A DNA stretch of 63,925 nt, filler included, from an uncultured Acidimicrobiia bacterium (GTDB taxonomy: Bacteria; Actinomycetota; Acidimicrobiia; Spongiisociales; JAOTWH01): NCBI GenBank assembly GCA_964347285.1. It is 6 parts of 6 records of this genome, joined end to end, with 100 filler letters (N's around TTAATTAATTAA, not from the genome) between each part and the next. Parts side by side here need not be neighbours in the genome. Positions count along the whole stretch, not along the records: positions 1 to 12,594 come from CAYFYE010000074.1; 5 more parts are not named here. One strand, 5' to 3'. Position numbers and translations under genes: made by a program. Under the pieces are notes generated by a model. That model had not been told where the DNA came from. It searched no databases and was given only the letters and a program-made list of their open reading frames with translations. Of the stretch, positions 1 through 10,690 are shown piece by piece; the stretch's first letter is position 1; each line of letters starts with the position of its first letter.

Positions 1-38
1 CAAGCAGGTACCGTGACCGCCGATATGGAGGCGCCCAC

Positions 39-1172
39 GTGTTAGGCGGGCTCATCGTCATCGGTGGCATCGTCGTAATGGTGATGATCCACGAGGCCGG
101 CCACTTCGTGGCGGCCAAAGCCTTCGGCATGAAGGCCACCGAGTTCTTTTTCGGGTTCGGTCCCAAGCTGTGGTCGATCCGGCGCGGCGAAACGGAATAC
201 GGAGTGAAGGCGCTTCCCTTCGGGGGGTACGTGCGGGTGATCGGAATGAACCCGCTGGAGGAAGTGCCGGCCGAAGAGGAACCCCGCACGTATCGGGGGG
301 CCAAGTTCTGGAAGAAGTCGGTGGTGGTGCTGGCCGGGGTGGGGAGCAACTTTCTCATCGCATTGGTGCTTCTGTGGGTGGTGGCGGTGTTCGTCGGCGA
401 GCCGGATCCCGATCGTCCCGTTCCCGAGGTGGCTGCGATCGTGAGCGAGACCGAGGATCGCATCACCGGAGAGATGATCACCACCGCTGCGGTAAAGGCG
501 GGGATCGAACCGGGCGACCTTCTCGTCGAGGTCGATGGGACGAGAATCGGCGAGTGGGACGACCTGACCGGGGTGTTGCGGGCCAGCCCCAACGAAACCG
601 TCGAGATCGTGGTGGAACGCAACGGAGAGCTGCTGACGCTCTCGGCGACATTGACGGAGAGAGTGGACACCGAAACCGGCGAGGTCACCGGATTCTTGGG
701 CGTCGCTCCCCGCTATGAGCTGGAACGCCTGGGCCCGGTCCAAGGCCTGGGAGCCGCCTTTGCGCAGGCCGGAGTACTGGTTCGGGAGAGCGCCAAGGGG
801 ATATGGGCCTTGGTGACGGGTTTGGGAGACCTCGTCGCCTCGGTCTTCGAGGGGGAAGAGGTGTCGGATGAGGTCCGCCCGCTGAGCCCGATCGGCATTG
901 CCCGTTTGGGGGCGGCCTCACAGCAAGTCGGCCTCGATCTCACCCTGACCATCGTCGCCTGGATCAACATCTTCGTCGGTCTGCTCAACGTTCTGCCGAT
1001 CTACCCTCTCGACGGCGGCCATTTCAGTGTGGCGCTGTACGAAAAGGTGACCGGGCGTGAGGCCGACGTTCGCAAGTTGATTCCGGTCGCCGCCGCTGTG
1101 GTGATTTTCCTCGTCCTGCTCGGTGTGATCGGCATCTACCTGGACATCGTCAGTCCGGTCAATCTGGGCTGA
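39..1172 (+). CDS. rseP: Site-2 (M50) intramembrane zinc metalloprotease with PDZ domain, RseP-like
   Basis: HEAGH zinc motif, FGFGPKLW, central PDZ-like segment, C-terminal NVLPIYPLDGG; directly upstream of ispG as in the conserved dxr-rseP-ispG cluster. Confidence 0.9.
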   Translation: MLGGLIVIGGIVVMVMIHEAGHFVAAKAFGMKATEFFFGFGPKLWSIRRGETEYGVKALPFGGYVRVIGMNPLEEVPAEEEPRTYRGAKFWKKSVVVLAGVGSNFLIALVLLWVVAVFVGEPDPDRPVPEVAAIVSETEDRITGEMITTAAVKAGIEPGDLLVEVDGTRIGEWDDLTGVLRASPNETVEIVVERNGELLTLSATLTERVDTETGEVTGFLGVAPRYELERLGPVQGLGAAFAQAGVLVRESAKGIWALVTGLGDLVASVFEGEEVSDEVRPLSPIGIARLGAASQQVGLDLTLTIVAWINIFVGLLNVLPIYPLDGGHFSVALYEKVTGREADVRKLIPVAAAVVIFLVLLGVIGIYLDIVSPVNLG

Positions 1173-1180
1173 CCGATACC

Positions 1181-2401
1181 ATGCCGGTCGTGAGCTTCGA
1201 GCGGAGATCCACCCGGCCGATCAAAGTCGGCGACGTCGCCGTGGGCGGTGGCGCCCCAGTGACCGTCCAGTCGATGACGATCACGAAGACGGCGGACGTC
1301 GAGGGGACGCTTGCCCAGACGTATGCTCTGGCCGGGGCCGGGGCCGACATCGTTCGCATCACCTGTAACGACGTGGAGGCCGCCCAGGGTCTCGCCGAGA
1401 TCGTCCCGCGGGCCCCGGTGCCCATCGTGGCCGACATCCACTTCCAGTATCGCTTGGCGCTGGCCGCGCTCGAAGCGGGCGTGGCCGGGTTGCGACTCAA
1501 TCCAGGCAACATACGCAAGGAAGAGCACATCAAGGCCGTCGCCAGGGCGGCCGCCGAGCGGGCGGTGCCCATCCGGGTAGGCGTCAACGCCGGCTCGCTC
1601 GACAAAGAGATTCTGGCCGCTCACGGTGCGCCCACCCCGAAAGCTCTGGTCGACTCGGCACTGAAGGAGATCAGGTACCTCGAGGACGTCGATTTCACCG
1701 ACATCAAGGTGTCCGTCAAGCACTCCGACGTTTCATCGATGGTGGAGGCATACCGTCTGCTGGCCGACTCCGTCGACTACCCGCTGCATCTCGGAGTCAC
1801 CGAGGCGGGGCCTCCGCCCGGGGGGCTGATCAAGTCGGTGGCGGGAATCGCGACCCTGCTCCTGGAGGGGATCGGTGACACGATTCGGCTCTCGCTCACC
1901 GCCGATCCCGTAGAGGAAGCGGTGGCCGGACGCCGGCTCCTCGAGTACCTGGGCCTCCGGGAGCGGCGTGGGCTCGACCTGATCGCCTGTCCCTCCTGCG
2001 GCCGGGCCGAGGTCGACGTGATCGCCGTCGCCCGGGAGGCGCAGGAGGCTCTGGAGCGCGACGATCTTCCCATCCAGGTTGCGGTGATGGGATGTGTGGT
2101 CAATGGACCGGGAGAGGCGCGCGAGGCAGATATCGGGATTGCCGCCGGCAAGGGCAAGGGACACCTGTTCATCAAGGGAAATGTGGTGCGGGTCGTGCCT
2201 GAAGCGGAGATGGTGGAGGCATTGGTCGATGAGGCTCGGAAGCTGGCCGAGGAGGGGGTGGAGGCTCGTCTGGCCGCAGCCGACGGGTTGGCCGCCCGAT
2301 TGGCCGCGGAAACCGCTGAGGAGCTGATGGCCGTCCAGGGGGATCCCAACCGAGTCGAGGAGCGCCGGGCCGCCGTGGCTCGGGCTGCGGCCGACGACTA
2401 G
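1181..2401 (+). CDS. ispG: (E)-4-hydroxy-3-methylbut-2-enyl-diphosphate synthase
   Basis: VQSMT, VADIHF, RLNPGNI, RVGVNAGSL, HLGVTEAG, CPSCGR and MGCVVNGPGEA motifs. Confidence 0.97.
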   Translation: MPVVSFERRSTRPIKVGDVAVGGGAPVTVQSMTITKTADVEGTLAQTYALAGAGADIVRITCNDVEAAQGLAEIVPRAPVPIVADIHFQYRLALAALEAGVAGLRLNPGNIRKEEHIKAVARAAAERAVPIRVGVNAGSLDKEILAAHGAPTPKALVDSALKEIRYLEDVDFTDIKVSVKHSDVSSMVEAYRLLADSVDYPLHLGVTEAGPPPGGLIKSVAGIATLLLEGIGDTIRLSLTADPVEEAVAGRRLLEYLGLRERRGLDLIACPSCGRAEVDVIAVAREAQEALERDDLPIQVAVMGCVVNGPGEAREADIGIAAGKGKGHLFIKGNVVRVVPEAEMVEALVDEARKLAEEGVEARLAAADGLAARLAAETAEELMAVQGDPNRVEERRAAVARAAADD

Positions 2402-2424
2402 TCCCAGCGGTATCCTGCTCCGTC

Positions 2425-4137
2425 ATGCGCTGGTCGGCAGCCTTCATTCCCACCCTGCGCGACGATCCCGCCGACGCCGATGCTCCCAGTCACCGGCTCC
2501 TGGTGCGGGCGGGGTTCATCCGCCAGCTCATGGCCGGCGTGTACTCGCTGCTGCCCCTCGCCGTCCGGGTCCGCGCCAAGATCGGCACCATCATCCGCGA
2601 AGAGATGGATCGCATCGGCTGCCAGGAGTTCCTGCTACCGGCCATCCATCCGGCAGAAGTGTGGCGCAAGACCGGTCGCTGGGACGCAATGGGGGAGGAG
2701 ATGTTCCGGCTCAAGGACCGCCGCCAAGCCGACCTGTGCCTGGGCATGACCCACGAAGAAGTCTTCTCGCTGCTGGCCCGCGATCTCGCTTCCTACCGCG
2801 ACCTACCCCAGACCTGGTACCAGATCCAAACCAAGTTCCGCGACGAACCTCGTCCGAAATCTGGCGTCCTCCGTACCCGAGAATTCACGATGAAGGACGC
2901 CTACACCTTCGACATCGATGACCAGGGCCTCGATCGATCCTTCGAGGCCCAGCGAGGCGCCTATGCCCGCATCTTCGATCGTCTCGGCTTCGATGCCATC
3001 CAGGTCGAGGCTTCCTCGGGGGCCATGGGCGGGACCGATTCGATGGAGTTCATGGTGCCCGCCTCCTACGGGGAGGACGAGATCGCCCGCTGTAACAACT
3101 GCGGGTACGCCGCCAATCTCGAGCGGGCCAGCTCCCGGCTGGAACCGATCATCGATGAAGTCGGTCCGGACGCTCCGGAGAAGTTTCCGACTCCCGGTAT
3201 CCGCACGATCGAAGATCTGGTGCTTTTCGACGGAGGTGCTGCCGCCGATCGTCAGATCAAAACGCTCGTCTACGTCCTAGACGGACAGATCGCGCTGGTG
3301 CTGCTCCGGGGCGACCATCCCCTCCAGGAGCAGAAGCTGGCCGATGCAACTCACTCCCTGGAGGTACGGCCCGCTCACCCCGACGAGGTGCGAGAACTGC
3401 TCGGCGCAGATCCGGGGAGTCTGGGCGCCGTTGCGATGACGGCGGTGCCCGTGCTGGCGGACGAGGCGCTGCGGGGACGCTCGAATCTGGTGACCGGCGC
3501 GAACGAGGACGACTTCCATCTGCGGGGAGTGGACATGGAGCGAGACATTCCGGTGACGGAGTGGGTGGACGTGCGCGAGGTGGCCGCCGGGGAGGCCTGT
3601 CGGGAGTGCGGCGAGCCCCTCGAAGTGCTCAGTGCCATCGAGGTGGGCCACATCTTCAAGCTGGGCCGGAAGTACGCCGAGGCGCTGGGGGTGACCGTGC
3701 TCGACGAAATGGGCGCCGAACGGGTCGTGACGATGGGCTCCTACGGCATCGGTCTCGAGCGCAACATGGCGGCGGTCGTGGAGGCTTCCCACGACGAGGC
3801 CGGGATCATCTGGCCGGTCAGCGTGGCACCGTACGAGGTCGTGGTAACGGTATTGGCGCCCGGCGAACCGGCCACCTTGGAGGCCGGAGAGCGCCTCTAT
3901 CGGGAGCTCGGTGCCGAGGGCATCGATGTGATCATCGACGACCGAGACGAGCGGCCCGGCGTCAAGTTCTACGACGCCGAGTTGGTCGGTTTTCCCTACC
4001 GGGTGACGGTGGGGCCGAGAGGCCTCGAGCGGGGTACGGTCGAGTTGGTGGAGCGGCGCACCGGTGAGAGTCGAGAGCTGAAACCTCAGGAAGCGGCCGG
4101 GATCGTCGCCGAGCAGGTGAGGGCGGCCAGGACCTGA
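2425..4137 (+). CDS. proS: Proline--tRNA ligase with editing (INS) domain
   Basis: SHRLLVRAGFIRQ, YQIQTKFRDEPRP, REFTMKDAY, IEVGHIFKLG, MGSYGIG, DDRDERPGVKF. Confidence 0.97.
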   Translation: MRWSAAFIPTLRDDPADADAPSHRLLVRAGFIRQLMAGVYSLLPLAVRVRAKIGTIIREEMDRIGCQEFLLPAIHPAEVWRKTGRWDAMGEEMFRLKDRRQADLCLGMTHEEVFSLLARDLASYRDLPQTWYQIQTKFRDEPRPKSGVLRTREFTMKDAYTFDIDDQGLDRSFEAQRGAYARIFDRLGFDAIQVEASSGAMGGTDSMEFMVPASYGEDEIARCNNCGYAANLERASSRLEPIIDEVGPDAPEKFPTPGIRTIEDLVLFDGGAAADRQIKTLVYVLDGQIALVLLRGDHPLQEQKLADATHSLEVRPAHPDEVRELLGADPGSLGAVAMTAVPVLADEALRGRSNLVTGANEDDFHLRGVDMERDIPVTEWVDVREVAAGEACRECGEPLEVLSAIEVGHIFKLGRKYAEALGVTVLDEMGAERVVTMGSYGIGLERNMAAVVEASHDEAGIIWPVSVAPYEVVVTVLAPGEPATLEAGERLYRELGAEGIDVIIDDRDERPGVKFYDAELVGFPYRVTVGPRGLERGTVELVERRTGESRELKPQEAAGIVAEQVRAART

Positions 4138-4219
4138 TCTGCCCTTCCGGCCGTTTCCGACCCGGCGCCGATGCGTGACGCGGCTCCCCGGCAACCCCTC
4201 TCAGGAAGCTCACCCCCGG

Positions 4220-4228
4220 TGATATAAT
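4220..4228 (+). promoter_or_regulatory. Extended -10 promoter of the rimP-nusA-infB operon
   Basis: TG-A-TATAAT at 4220-4228 in the 169-nt proS-rimP intergenic region. Confidence 0.7.
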
Positions 4229-4252
4229 GACACTCAACCGACGGACGCACGC

Positions 4253-4284
4253 GAGGTGGGCCCGGAGCGCCCGCCTTTGTTTAT
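4253..4284 (+). promoter_or_regulatory. rimP leader hairpin (weak terminator/attenuator-like)
   Basis: GAGGTGGGC (4253-4261) pairs with GCCCGCCTT (4269-4277), followed by TGTTTAT; resembles the GTGGGC...GCCCAC-T-rich leader seen upstream of rimP/ylxS in many bacteria. Confidence 0.65.
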
Positions 4285-4306
4285 GTAGGCAGCAGGTGAT
4301 GACGAC

Positions 4307-4795
4307 ATGGGCACCGACACAGCAGCTCGGCTTTGGGACGTCGTCGAGCCCTACCTGGCCCAGGAGCACGTGGAGCTCGACGACCTGGAGCTGCGCGGGC
4401 GCGGCAAGAGCCGAGTTCTGAAGATCACCGTCGACGCCGAGGGCGGTGTCGATCTCGACCACATCACCGAACTGGCCAGAGGGATTTCACGGCTCCTCGA
4501 CGAAGCGGCCGACCTTCAAGGTCCCTACACGCTCGAGGTCTCCTCACCCGGACTCGAGCGATCTCTGCGAAGGCCCGCCCAGTACCGCAAGGCGCTGGGC
4601 CGTGAAGTGAAAATCAAGACCGCGGTGCCGATCGCCGGCACGACCAGCCATCGCGGCATCGTGGCTTCGGCCGACGACAACGGTCTCGTGCTTTCGATCG
4701 GCGAGCAGGACCGGCGAATCGAGTTTCGCGATATCGCCGCCGCCCGCACCGTGTTCACCTGGGATCGGGGCGCCAAGCCTGGGAAGCGAGGGTAG
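4307..4795 (+). CDS. rimP: Ribosome maturation factor RimP
   Basis: YTLEVSSPGLERSL motif; first gene of the nusA operon. Confidence 0.95.
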   Translation: MGTDTAARLWDVVEPYLAQEHVELDDLELRGRGKSRVLKITVDAEGGVDLDHITELARGISRLLDEAADLQGPYTLEVSSPGLERSLRRPAQYRKALGREVKIKTAVPIAGTTSHRGIVASADDNGLVLSIGEQDRRIEFRDIAAARTVFTWDRGAKPGKRG

Positions 4796-4797
4796 CG

Positions 4798-6114
4798 ATG
4801 GACTACAACCTCCTGGAAGCACTCGACCTGCTCGAACGCGAGAAGGGAGTGCCGGCCGAGACGATCTTGGACGCCCTGGCAAATGCACTCGTGTCCGCCT
4901 ACAAGCGGACTCCCGGCGCCGCCGAGGAGGCCCGGGTGACGATCGACCCGGACACCGGCGAGATGGTCGTCTACGGGCAAGAGCTCGACGAGGACGGAAA
5001 CGTGGTCCGGGAGTGGGAAGACACTCCCGAGGACTTCGGTCGCATTGCCGCCCAGACCGCCAAGCAGGTCATCGTGCAGCGGCTGCGGGACGCCAAGCGG
5101 GAGCAGGTCTTTGACCTCTATCAAGGTCGAGAGGGAGACCTGGTGACCGGGATCGTCCAGCAATCCGATCATCGCTCGGTCATCCTCGACCTGGGCAACG
5201 CCGAAGCCATCATGCCCGGCTCTGAGCGGATTCCCTACGAGCGGCTCGAGCGAGGCAGCCGGGTCAAGGCCTACATCGTCGAGGTGCGGGGCGAGACCAA
5301 GGGTCCGCAGATCGTCGTCAGCCGGAGCCATCCCGAATTCATCAGATCACTCTTCGAGCTCGAGGTGCCCGAGATCGTGGACGGCACGGTCCAGATCAAG
5401 CAGATCGCCCGTGAGCCCGGCCACCGCACCAAGATTGCCGTCACCTCCACCGATCCCAATGTCGACCCGGTGGGGGCCTGCGTCGGCGCTCGCGGTAGCC
5501 GGGTCCGCCAGGTGGTGAACGAGTTGCGAGGCGAGAAGGTCGACATCGTCGAGTGGCGCGACGATCCGCAGCAGTTCATCGCCGAGGCGCTCAGTCCCGC
5601 CAAGGTGAAGGAAGTACGCATCGAGGAACCCGAGCCCGCTGAGGGGGCCGAGGAGGAAGAAGCGCCGCTGCTCACCGCCGTGGTGATCGTTCCCGATCAC
5701 CAGCTGTCCCTGGCCATCGGCAAGGAAGGGCAGAACGCCCGTCTGGCTGCTCGCCTGTCCGGCTACCGCGTCGACATCCGCTCCGAGAGCCAGGAGGCAG
5801 GGGTTCCTATGGAGGGTGAGGCCGAGGCCCCCGAGACCGTCGTCGCGGGAGAGGCCGTGGAGCCCGGCGGTGAGCCGCCTGCCGGGGAGGAGGAACCGGC
5901 TCCCTCCCCCGAAGAAGGAGCCCCCACCGAGGAAGCCGCCCGGGACGAACCCCTCGTGGAAGCAGCCGAGGAAGAGGCCCCGGCGGGGGAAGCCCCCCAA
6001 GAAGAAGCCTCGGTTTCCGAGCCGGGACCGGAAGCCGTCGAGGAGTCGGAAACCGCTTCACCCCAGGAAGCCGAACCGGAGTCGGCCGAAAAGGAATCGC
6101 CTGGGGAGGCGTAG
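4798..6114 (+). CDS. nusA: Transcription termination/antitermination factor NusA with long acidic C-terminal tail
   Basis: FGRIAAQTAKQVI, S1 domain, AREPGHRTKIAV, GACVGARGSRV, LSLAIGKEGQNARLA. Confidence 0.97.
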   Translation: MDYNLLEALDLLEREKGVPAETILDALANALVSAYKRTPGAAEEARVTIDPDTGEMVVYGQELDEDGNVVREWEDTPEDFGRIAAQTAKQVIVQRLRDAKREQVFDLYQGREGDLVTGIVQQSDHRSVILDLGNAEAIMPGSERIPYERLERGSRVKAYIVEVRGETKGPQIVVSRSHPEFIRSLFELEVPEIVDGTVQIKQIAREPGHRTKIAVTSTDPNVDPVGACVGARGSRVRQVVNELRGEKVDIVEWRDDPQQFIAEALSPAKVKEVRIEEPEPAEGAEEEEAPLLTAVVIVPDHQLSLAIGKEGQNARLAARLSGYRVDIRSESQEAGVPMEGEAEAPETVVAGEAVEPGGEPPAGEEEPAPSPEEGAPTEEAARDEPLVEAAEEEAPAGEAPQEEASVSEPGPEAVEESETASPQEAEPESAEKESPGEA

Positions 6115-6159
6115 CCTTCGACATGGCACAATGACGAGCCGAGAGGTGACAACGTCCCC

Positions 6160-8190
6160 ATGCGCGTCTACGAGCTAGCCCGTGAGCTGGACCTCGAGTC
6201 CAAAGAGGTGCTGGCGCGCGCTCAGGAACTGGGCCTGGAGGTGACCACCGCCTCGTCCGGGCTCGACGAGGAGTCGGCCGAGTTGCTTCGACTCTCATAT
6301 GCGGAAGCGGCGCCCGAAGCGGCCCCCCCGGCTGAAGCCCCTCCGGCCCCCGAGATCGCCGAGGAGGCTCCGCCCGAGAAGGAAGAGGAGGCGGCTGTCG
6401 AGGAGGCCGAGCCCGAGCCGAGGACCGTGGAGGTGCCGGCCGGGATCACGGTCGCGGAGTTCGCCGACGCCATCGGCCGAGGGTTGGGGACCGTCAGCAG
6501 AGAGCTCGTGGAGATGGGCGAGATGGTGACGGCCAATACGCCGGTTCCCATCGACGCACTGGAGCTCCTGGGCGAAGCGCTCGGCGTCCAGGTCGTGGTC
6601 CTGGCCGCCGAGGAGCCGGAGGCCGAGGCACCGACCCCGCTGCCGGAACGACCCACCTACGACGACCCACCCGAAGCGCTCACCGCTCGCGCTCCCGTCG
6701 TCACCATCATGGGTCATGTCGACCACGGCAAAACGCTGCTCCTCGACAGTATCCGCAAGACCAACGTCGTCGAGGGCGAAGCGGGTGGCATCACCCAGCA
6801 CATCGGCGCCTATCAGGTGCGGCGCGATGGCAACCTCATCACGTTCATCGATACTCCGGGCCACGAAGCGTTCACCGCACTCCGGGCGCGCGGCGCCATC
6901 GTCACCGACATCGTCGTTCTGGTGGTGGCCGCAGATGACGGGGTCATGCCTCAGACCCAGGAGGCCATCAGCCATGCCCAAGCGGCCGGGGTGCCGATCA
7001 TCGTGGCCATCAACAAGATCGACCTCTCGGCGGCTGATCCTGTTGCCGTTCGGGCCCAGTTGACCGAGCATGGCGTGATCGTCGAGCAACTCGGTGGAGA
7101 GGTACCCGACGCCGAGATATCCGCACTCACCGGCCAGGGGATCGATCATCTCCTCGAGGTGATCGAGCTGGTGGCCGAGTTGGAGGAATTCAAAGCCAAC
7201 CCGGATGCCCCCGCTTCGGGGACCGTGATCGAGAGCCAGCTCGACAAAGGCCGGGGTCCGATTGGAACGGTGATCGTTCAGAGGGGGACGTTGCGCCGGG
7301 GCGATGCCCTCGTGGCCGGACCGGTCGCCGGCCGGGTCCGGGCGATGTTCGACGAGAACGGCCAGGAGGTGAAGGAGGCCGGGCCCGCCACGCCGGTGCT
7401 CATCATGGGCTGGGATTCGGTTCCGACCGCCGGCGATTTCTTCGAAGTGACCGACAGCGAGCGCACGGCTCGATCGATGGCCGAGACGCGTGAGAGCGAG
7501 GTGCGCAACCGGGATCTCATCGTTCCCAGTGCAGAGGACCGCCTCGAGCAGCTGCTCGAGCAATTCCGGGCCGGGGATCAGGCCGAACTGCGCATCATCA
7601 TCAAGGCCGACGCCCACGGTTCGCTGGAGGCGATCCGAGACGCCGTTGCCAAGATCCAGCGAGCGGACGGCACGATCACCGTCATCCACGGAGCCGTGGG
7701 CGGCATAACCGAGAGCGACATCATGCTGGCCGACGCGTCCGAGGCTGTGGTGCTCGGCTTCAACGTGCGGCCAGACTCGGGAGCCCGCAGGGCCGCCGAG
7801 GAAAGCGGTGTCGAGGTGAGGACTCATCGAGTCATCTATGAACTCCTCGACGAGGTGGAACAGATGCTCCTGGGCCGTCTGGCGCCGGAGCGCATCGAGG
7901 AGCTCGTCGGGGTGGCCGAGGTGCGGGCCACGTTCCGCAGTCCTCGTTTCGGCCTGGTGGCGGGGTGCTACGTCAGCGAGGGCGAGATGCAGAGGAACGC
8001 CAAGGTGAGGCTGGTCCGGGACGGTGTTGTGGTCTACCACGGCGTCCTCGCCTCGCTGCGTCGCTTCAAAGACGACGTGACCAGTGTGTCGGCCGGTTTC
8101 GAGTGCGGCATCGGCCTCGAGAACTATCGGGACGTGAAGGAAGGCGACGTCATCGAGTCCTACCTCGTTCGGGAGGTCGCCAGAACGTAG
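6160..8190 (+). CDS. infB: Translation initiation factor IF-2 (compact N-terminus)
   Basis: MRVYELA N-terminus, [37 protein letters not shown]. Confidence 0.97.
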   Translation: MRVYELARELDLESKEVLARAQELGLEVTTASSGLDEESAELLRLSYAEAAPEAAPPAEAPPAPEIAEEAPPEKEEEAAVEEAEPEPRTVEVPAGITVAEFADAIGRGLGTVSRELVEMGEMVTANTPVPIDALELLGEALGVQVVVLAAEEPEAEAPTPLPERPTYDDPPEALTARAPVVTIMGHVDHGKTLLLDSIRKTNVVEGEAGGITQHIGAYQVRRDGNLITFIDTPGHEAFTALRARGAIVTDIVVLVVAADDGVMPQTQEAISHAQAAGVPIIVAINKIDLSAADPVAVRAQLTEHGVIVEQLGGEVPDAEISALTGQGIDHLLEVIELVAELEEFKANPDAPASGTVIESQLDKGRGPIGTVIVQRGTLRRGDALVAGPVAGRVRAMFDENGQEVKEAGPATPVLIMGWDSVPTAGDFFEVTDSERTARSMAETRESEVRNRDLIVPSAEDRLEQLLEQFRAGDQAELRIIIKADAHGSLEAIRDAVAKIQRADGTITVIHGAVGGITESDIMLADASEAVVLGFNVRPDSGARRAAEESGVEVRTHRVIYELLDEVEQMLLGRLAPERIEELVGVAEVRATFRSPRFGLVAGCYVSEGEMQRNAKVRLVRDGVVVYHGVLASLRRFKDDVTSVSAGFECGIGLENYRDVKEGDVIESYLVREVART

Positions 8191-8193
8191 GTC

Positions 8194-8493
8194 GTGACTA
8201 TGTACGCGGCGGCCCTCAGAGCAGAGATCAGGCTCCCCGACACGCACTCGCTGAAAGAGAAGCGACGGAAGATGCGGGCGCTGTTCAACATGTTGTCAAC
8301 CACGTTCCCGGTGGCCGTGTCCGAGGTGGATCATCAAGATCTCTGGCAGCGCACCACGATCGGGGTAGCGGCGGTAGCGCCGCAGGCCTCCCAGCTGGAA
8401 CGCCTGCTTCGATCCGTGGAAAGGTCCCTCCACCGGCACCACGGCATAGAGGTCCTGGAGGTGGCGGTGTCCCACATGGAGCGACCGGAGTGA
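8194..8493 (+). CDS. DUF503 / YlxP-family protein
   Basis: HSLKEKR and VSEVDHQDLWQR motifs; sits between infB and rbfA. Confidence 0.85.
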   Translation: MTMYAAALRAEIRLPDTHSLKEKRRKMRALFNMLSTTFPVAVSEVDHQDLWQRTTIGVAAVAPQASQLERLLRSVERSLHRHHGIEVLEVAVSHMERPE

Positions 8494-8876
8494 GCCGTCC
8501 AGAGCGCCTACGGCGCGTCAATGAGGTGCTTCGGGAAACCGTGGCCGAGGAGATCACCCTGCTCAAGGATCCCCGACTCGGCTTCATCACGGTAACCGGG
8601 GTCGACACGTCTCCCGACCTGCGCGCCGCCGTCGTCTACTATTCCGTGCTCGGCACGGACGAGGAGCAAGCGGCGACCGCCGACGCCCTCGAACACGCCG
8701 CTCCGAGGATTCAGGCCCGGGTAGGCCGGCAAGTGCGCCTCAAGTACCTGCCCCGCCTGCGCTTCGAGCGCGACGACGCCATGGAACGAGGGCTGCGGAT
8801 CCAGGAACTGCTGCAAGAGCTCGAGGGAGAACACGGTGAACGCGACGATTCGGTCTCACCTGAAGGAGGCGGCTGA
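8490..8876 (+). CDS. rbfA: Ribosome-binding factor A
   Basis: GTG 8490 overlaps the DUF503 stop (GTGA); KDPRLGFITVTGVDTSPDLRAAVVY, LKYLPRLRFERD. The 7965 start in the ORF track is an upstream extension. Confidence 0.93.
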   Translation: MSRPERLRRVNEVLRETVAEEITLLKDPRLGFITVTGVDTSPDLRAAVVYYSVLGTDEEQAATADALEHAAPRIQARVGRQVRLKYLPRLRFERDDAMERGLRIQELLQELEGEHGERDDSVSPEGGG

Positions 8877-9804
8877 GGCCCTGAACGCGGCCCGCTCGGT
8901 GGTCACTGTTGGACATGTGGCACCGGACGCCGATGCCCTCGGTTCTGCCCTCGCCCTGGCCCGGGCCGCTCGCAATGCCGGCAAGGAGGCGGCCAGTTCC
9001 TTCGGAGAGCCGTTTGTCGTGCCCGACGCGTTTCGCTTCCTGCCCGTCGACCTACTGGTACCTCCGGAGAAGTTTCCCGAAGGGATCGATGTGGCGGTGG
9101 CCTTCGATGCGGCCTCTGCCGATCGCCTTGGCAGCCTGAGGCCGGCGGTGGAGAGTGCCGAGACGCTCATCGTGGTCGATCATCATGCCTCCAACGAGGG
9201 CTACGGCGATATTCAGGTGATCGATCCCTCCGCCGGAGCCTCCGGCCAGCTGGCCTTCTATCTCCTCGAAGAGACCGGCTGGGACATCGATCGGGGCGTC
9301 GCTACGGCGCTGCTGGCCGCCATCGTCGCCGACACCGGACGCTTCCAGTACTCATCGACTTCACCCGAGCTGCTGCGGGTGGCAGCCCTCCTCCTGGAAC
9401 GGGGGGCCCGGCCGGAAGAGGTGGGTCAAAATCTGTTCGAGCGCGTTCCGTACGGCTACCTGGCGGTGGCCTCCGCAGTGTTGGGCCGCGCCGCTCTCGA
9501 CGGCGAAACTTCGTTGGTGTGGTCGGTGCTCTACCGGGACGATCTCGAGCAGGCCGGCATCAGCTATGAGGATGCCGATCCGCTCATCGATCAGCTGCGG
9601 ATTGCCCGTGAGGCAGAAGTTGCGCTGCTGATCAAGGAGGTGACCGGCGGGCTCAAGGGCAGCCTGCGGTCCCGGGGGGCGGTCGATGTCGGGACGATGG
9701 CCGTGGCGTTGGGCGGAGGCGGCCATCACAACGCTTCCGGCTTCGATCATCCCGGGCCGGTGGAAGACGTAGTGAGCGCGGTCAAGGCCCTCCTTCGTGA
9801 CTGA
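8836..9804 (+). CDS. nrnA: DHH/DHHA1 phosphoesterase (NrnA-like oligoribonuclease/pAp phosphatase)
   Basis: HVAPDADALGS, VVDHH, DTGRF, GSLRS, GGGGHHNASG. Confidence 0.88.
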   Translation: MNATIRSHLKEAAEALNAARSVVTVGHVAPDADALGSALALARAARNAGKEAASSFGEPFVVPDAFRFLPVDLLVPPEKFPEGIDVAVAFDAASADRLGSLRPAVESAETLIVVDHHASNEGYGDIQVIDPSAGASGQLAFYLLEETGWDIDRGVATALLAAIVADTGRFQYSSTSPELLRVAALLLERGARPEEVGQNLFERVPYGYLAVASAVLGRAALDGETSLVWSVLYRDDLEQAGISYEDADPLIDQLRIAREAEVALLIKEVTGGLKGSLRSRGAVDVGTMAVALGGGGHHNASGFDHPGPVEDVVSAVKALLRD

Positions 9805-10690
9805 CGGCTTCCTTCTCGTCGACAAACCGCAGGACTGGACCTCACACGACGTTGTGGCGAGAGTGCGGCGCCTGCTCGGGGGATCCAAAGTGGGGCATGC
9901 CGGTACCCTCGACCCGATGGCCACCGGTCTCCTCATTCTCGGTGTGGGCCGGGCCACTCGCCTGACGCGCTTCATTCAGGACCTTCCCAAGGAGTATCGA
10001 GCTCGCGCCCAGCTGGGGGTGGCCACCGACACCCTCGATGTCGCCGGGGCGGTGCTGGAGCGGGAACCGCTTCCGGTCTCCCAGGGTGAGGTGGAGGCGG
10101 TTTTGGAACGTTTTCGGGGTGACATCATGCAAATGCCGCCGATGGTGTCGGCGCTCAAGCGGTCCGGTACGCGGCTCTACGAGTTGGCTCGGCGGGGCGA
10201 GGAAGTCGAGCGAACGCCGCGACCGATAACGATCCATTCACTGGAGTTGGAGGAATACGCGCCATCGGATTACCCGGAGATGGTGTTGCGGGTCGTGTGC
10301 TCGAAGGGCACGTACGTGCGGGTGCTCGCCGATGACATTGCGGCCGCCCTGGGGGGCCGGGCCCACCTGACTGCGCTCCGACGCCTTCGTACCGGCTCGC
10401 TCACCGTGGAAGCAGCTCACGCCGTAGAGGAGCTGGAGCGGGCTGCCGCCGCAGGCCGGCTCGGTGGCTTGCTCGTGCGTCCGTCCGACGGCCTGGTGGA
10501 TCTGCCGGCGGGTACCGTCCCTGAAGGCGGGCGCCACGGAGTGGTCCACGGCGCGGCCTTTGCGACCTCGCTGCTGACTTCCGGCCTGCCGGACGAGGGT
10601 CCGGTGCGTCTACTCGACGACGAGGGTCGGCTGCTTGCCGTTTACCGCGTCGAAGGACGGCAGGCTCTACCCGAGGTGGTGCTCGGATGA
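9797..10690 (+). CDS. truB: tRNA pseudouridine(55) synthase
   Basis: VDKPQDWTSHDVV, KVGHAGTLDPMATG, CSKGTYVR. Confidence 0.96.
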   Translation: MTDGFLLVDKPQDWTSHDVVARVRRLLGGSKVGHAGTLDPMATGLLILGVGRATRLTRFIQDLPKEYRARAQLGVATDTLDVAGAVLEREPLPVSQGEVEAVLERFRGDIMQMPPMVSALKRSGTRLYELARRGEEVERTPRPITIHSLELEEYAPSDYPEMVLRVVCSKGTYVRVLADDIAAALGGRAHLTALRRLRTGSLTVEAAHAVEELERAAAAGRLGGLLVRPSDGLVDLPAGTVPEGGRHGVVHGAAFATSLLTSGLPDEGPVRLLDDEGRLLAVYRVEGRQALPEVVLG

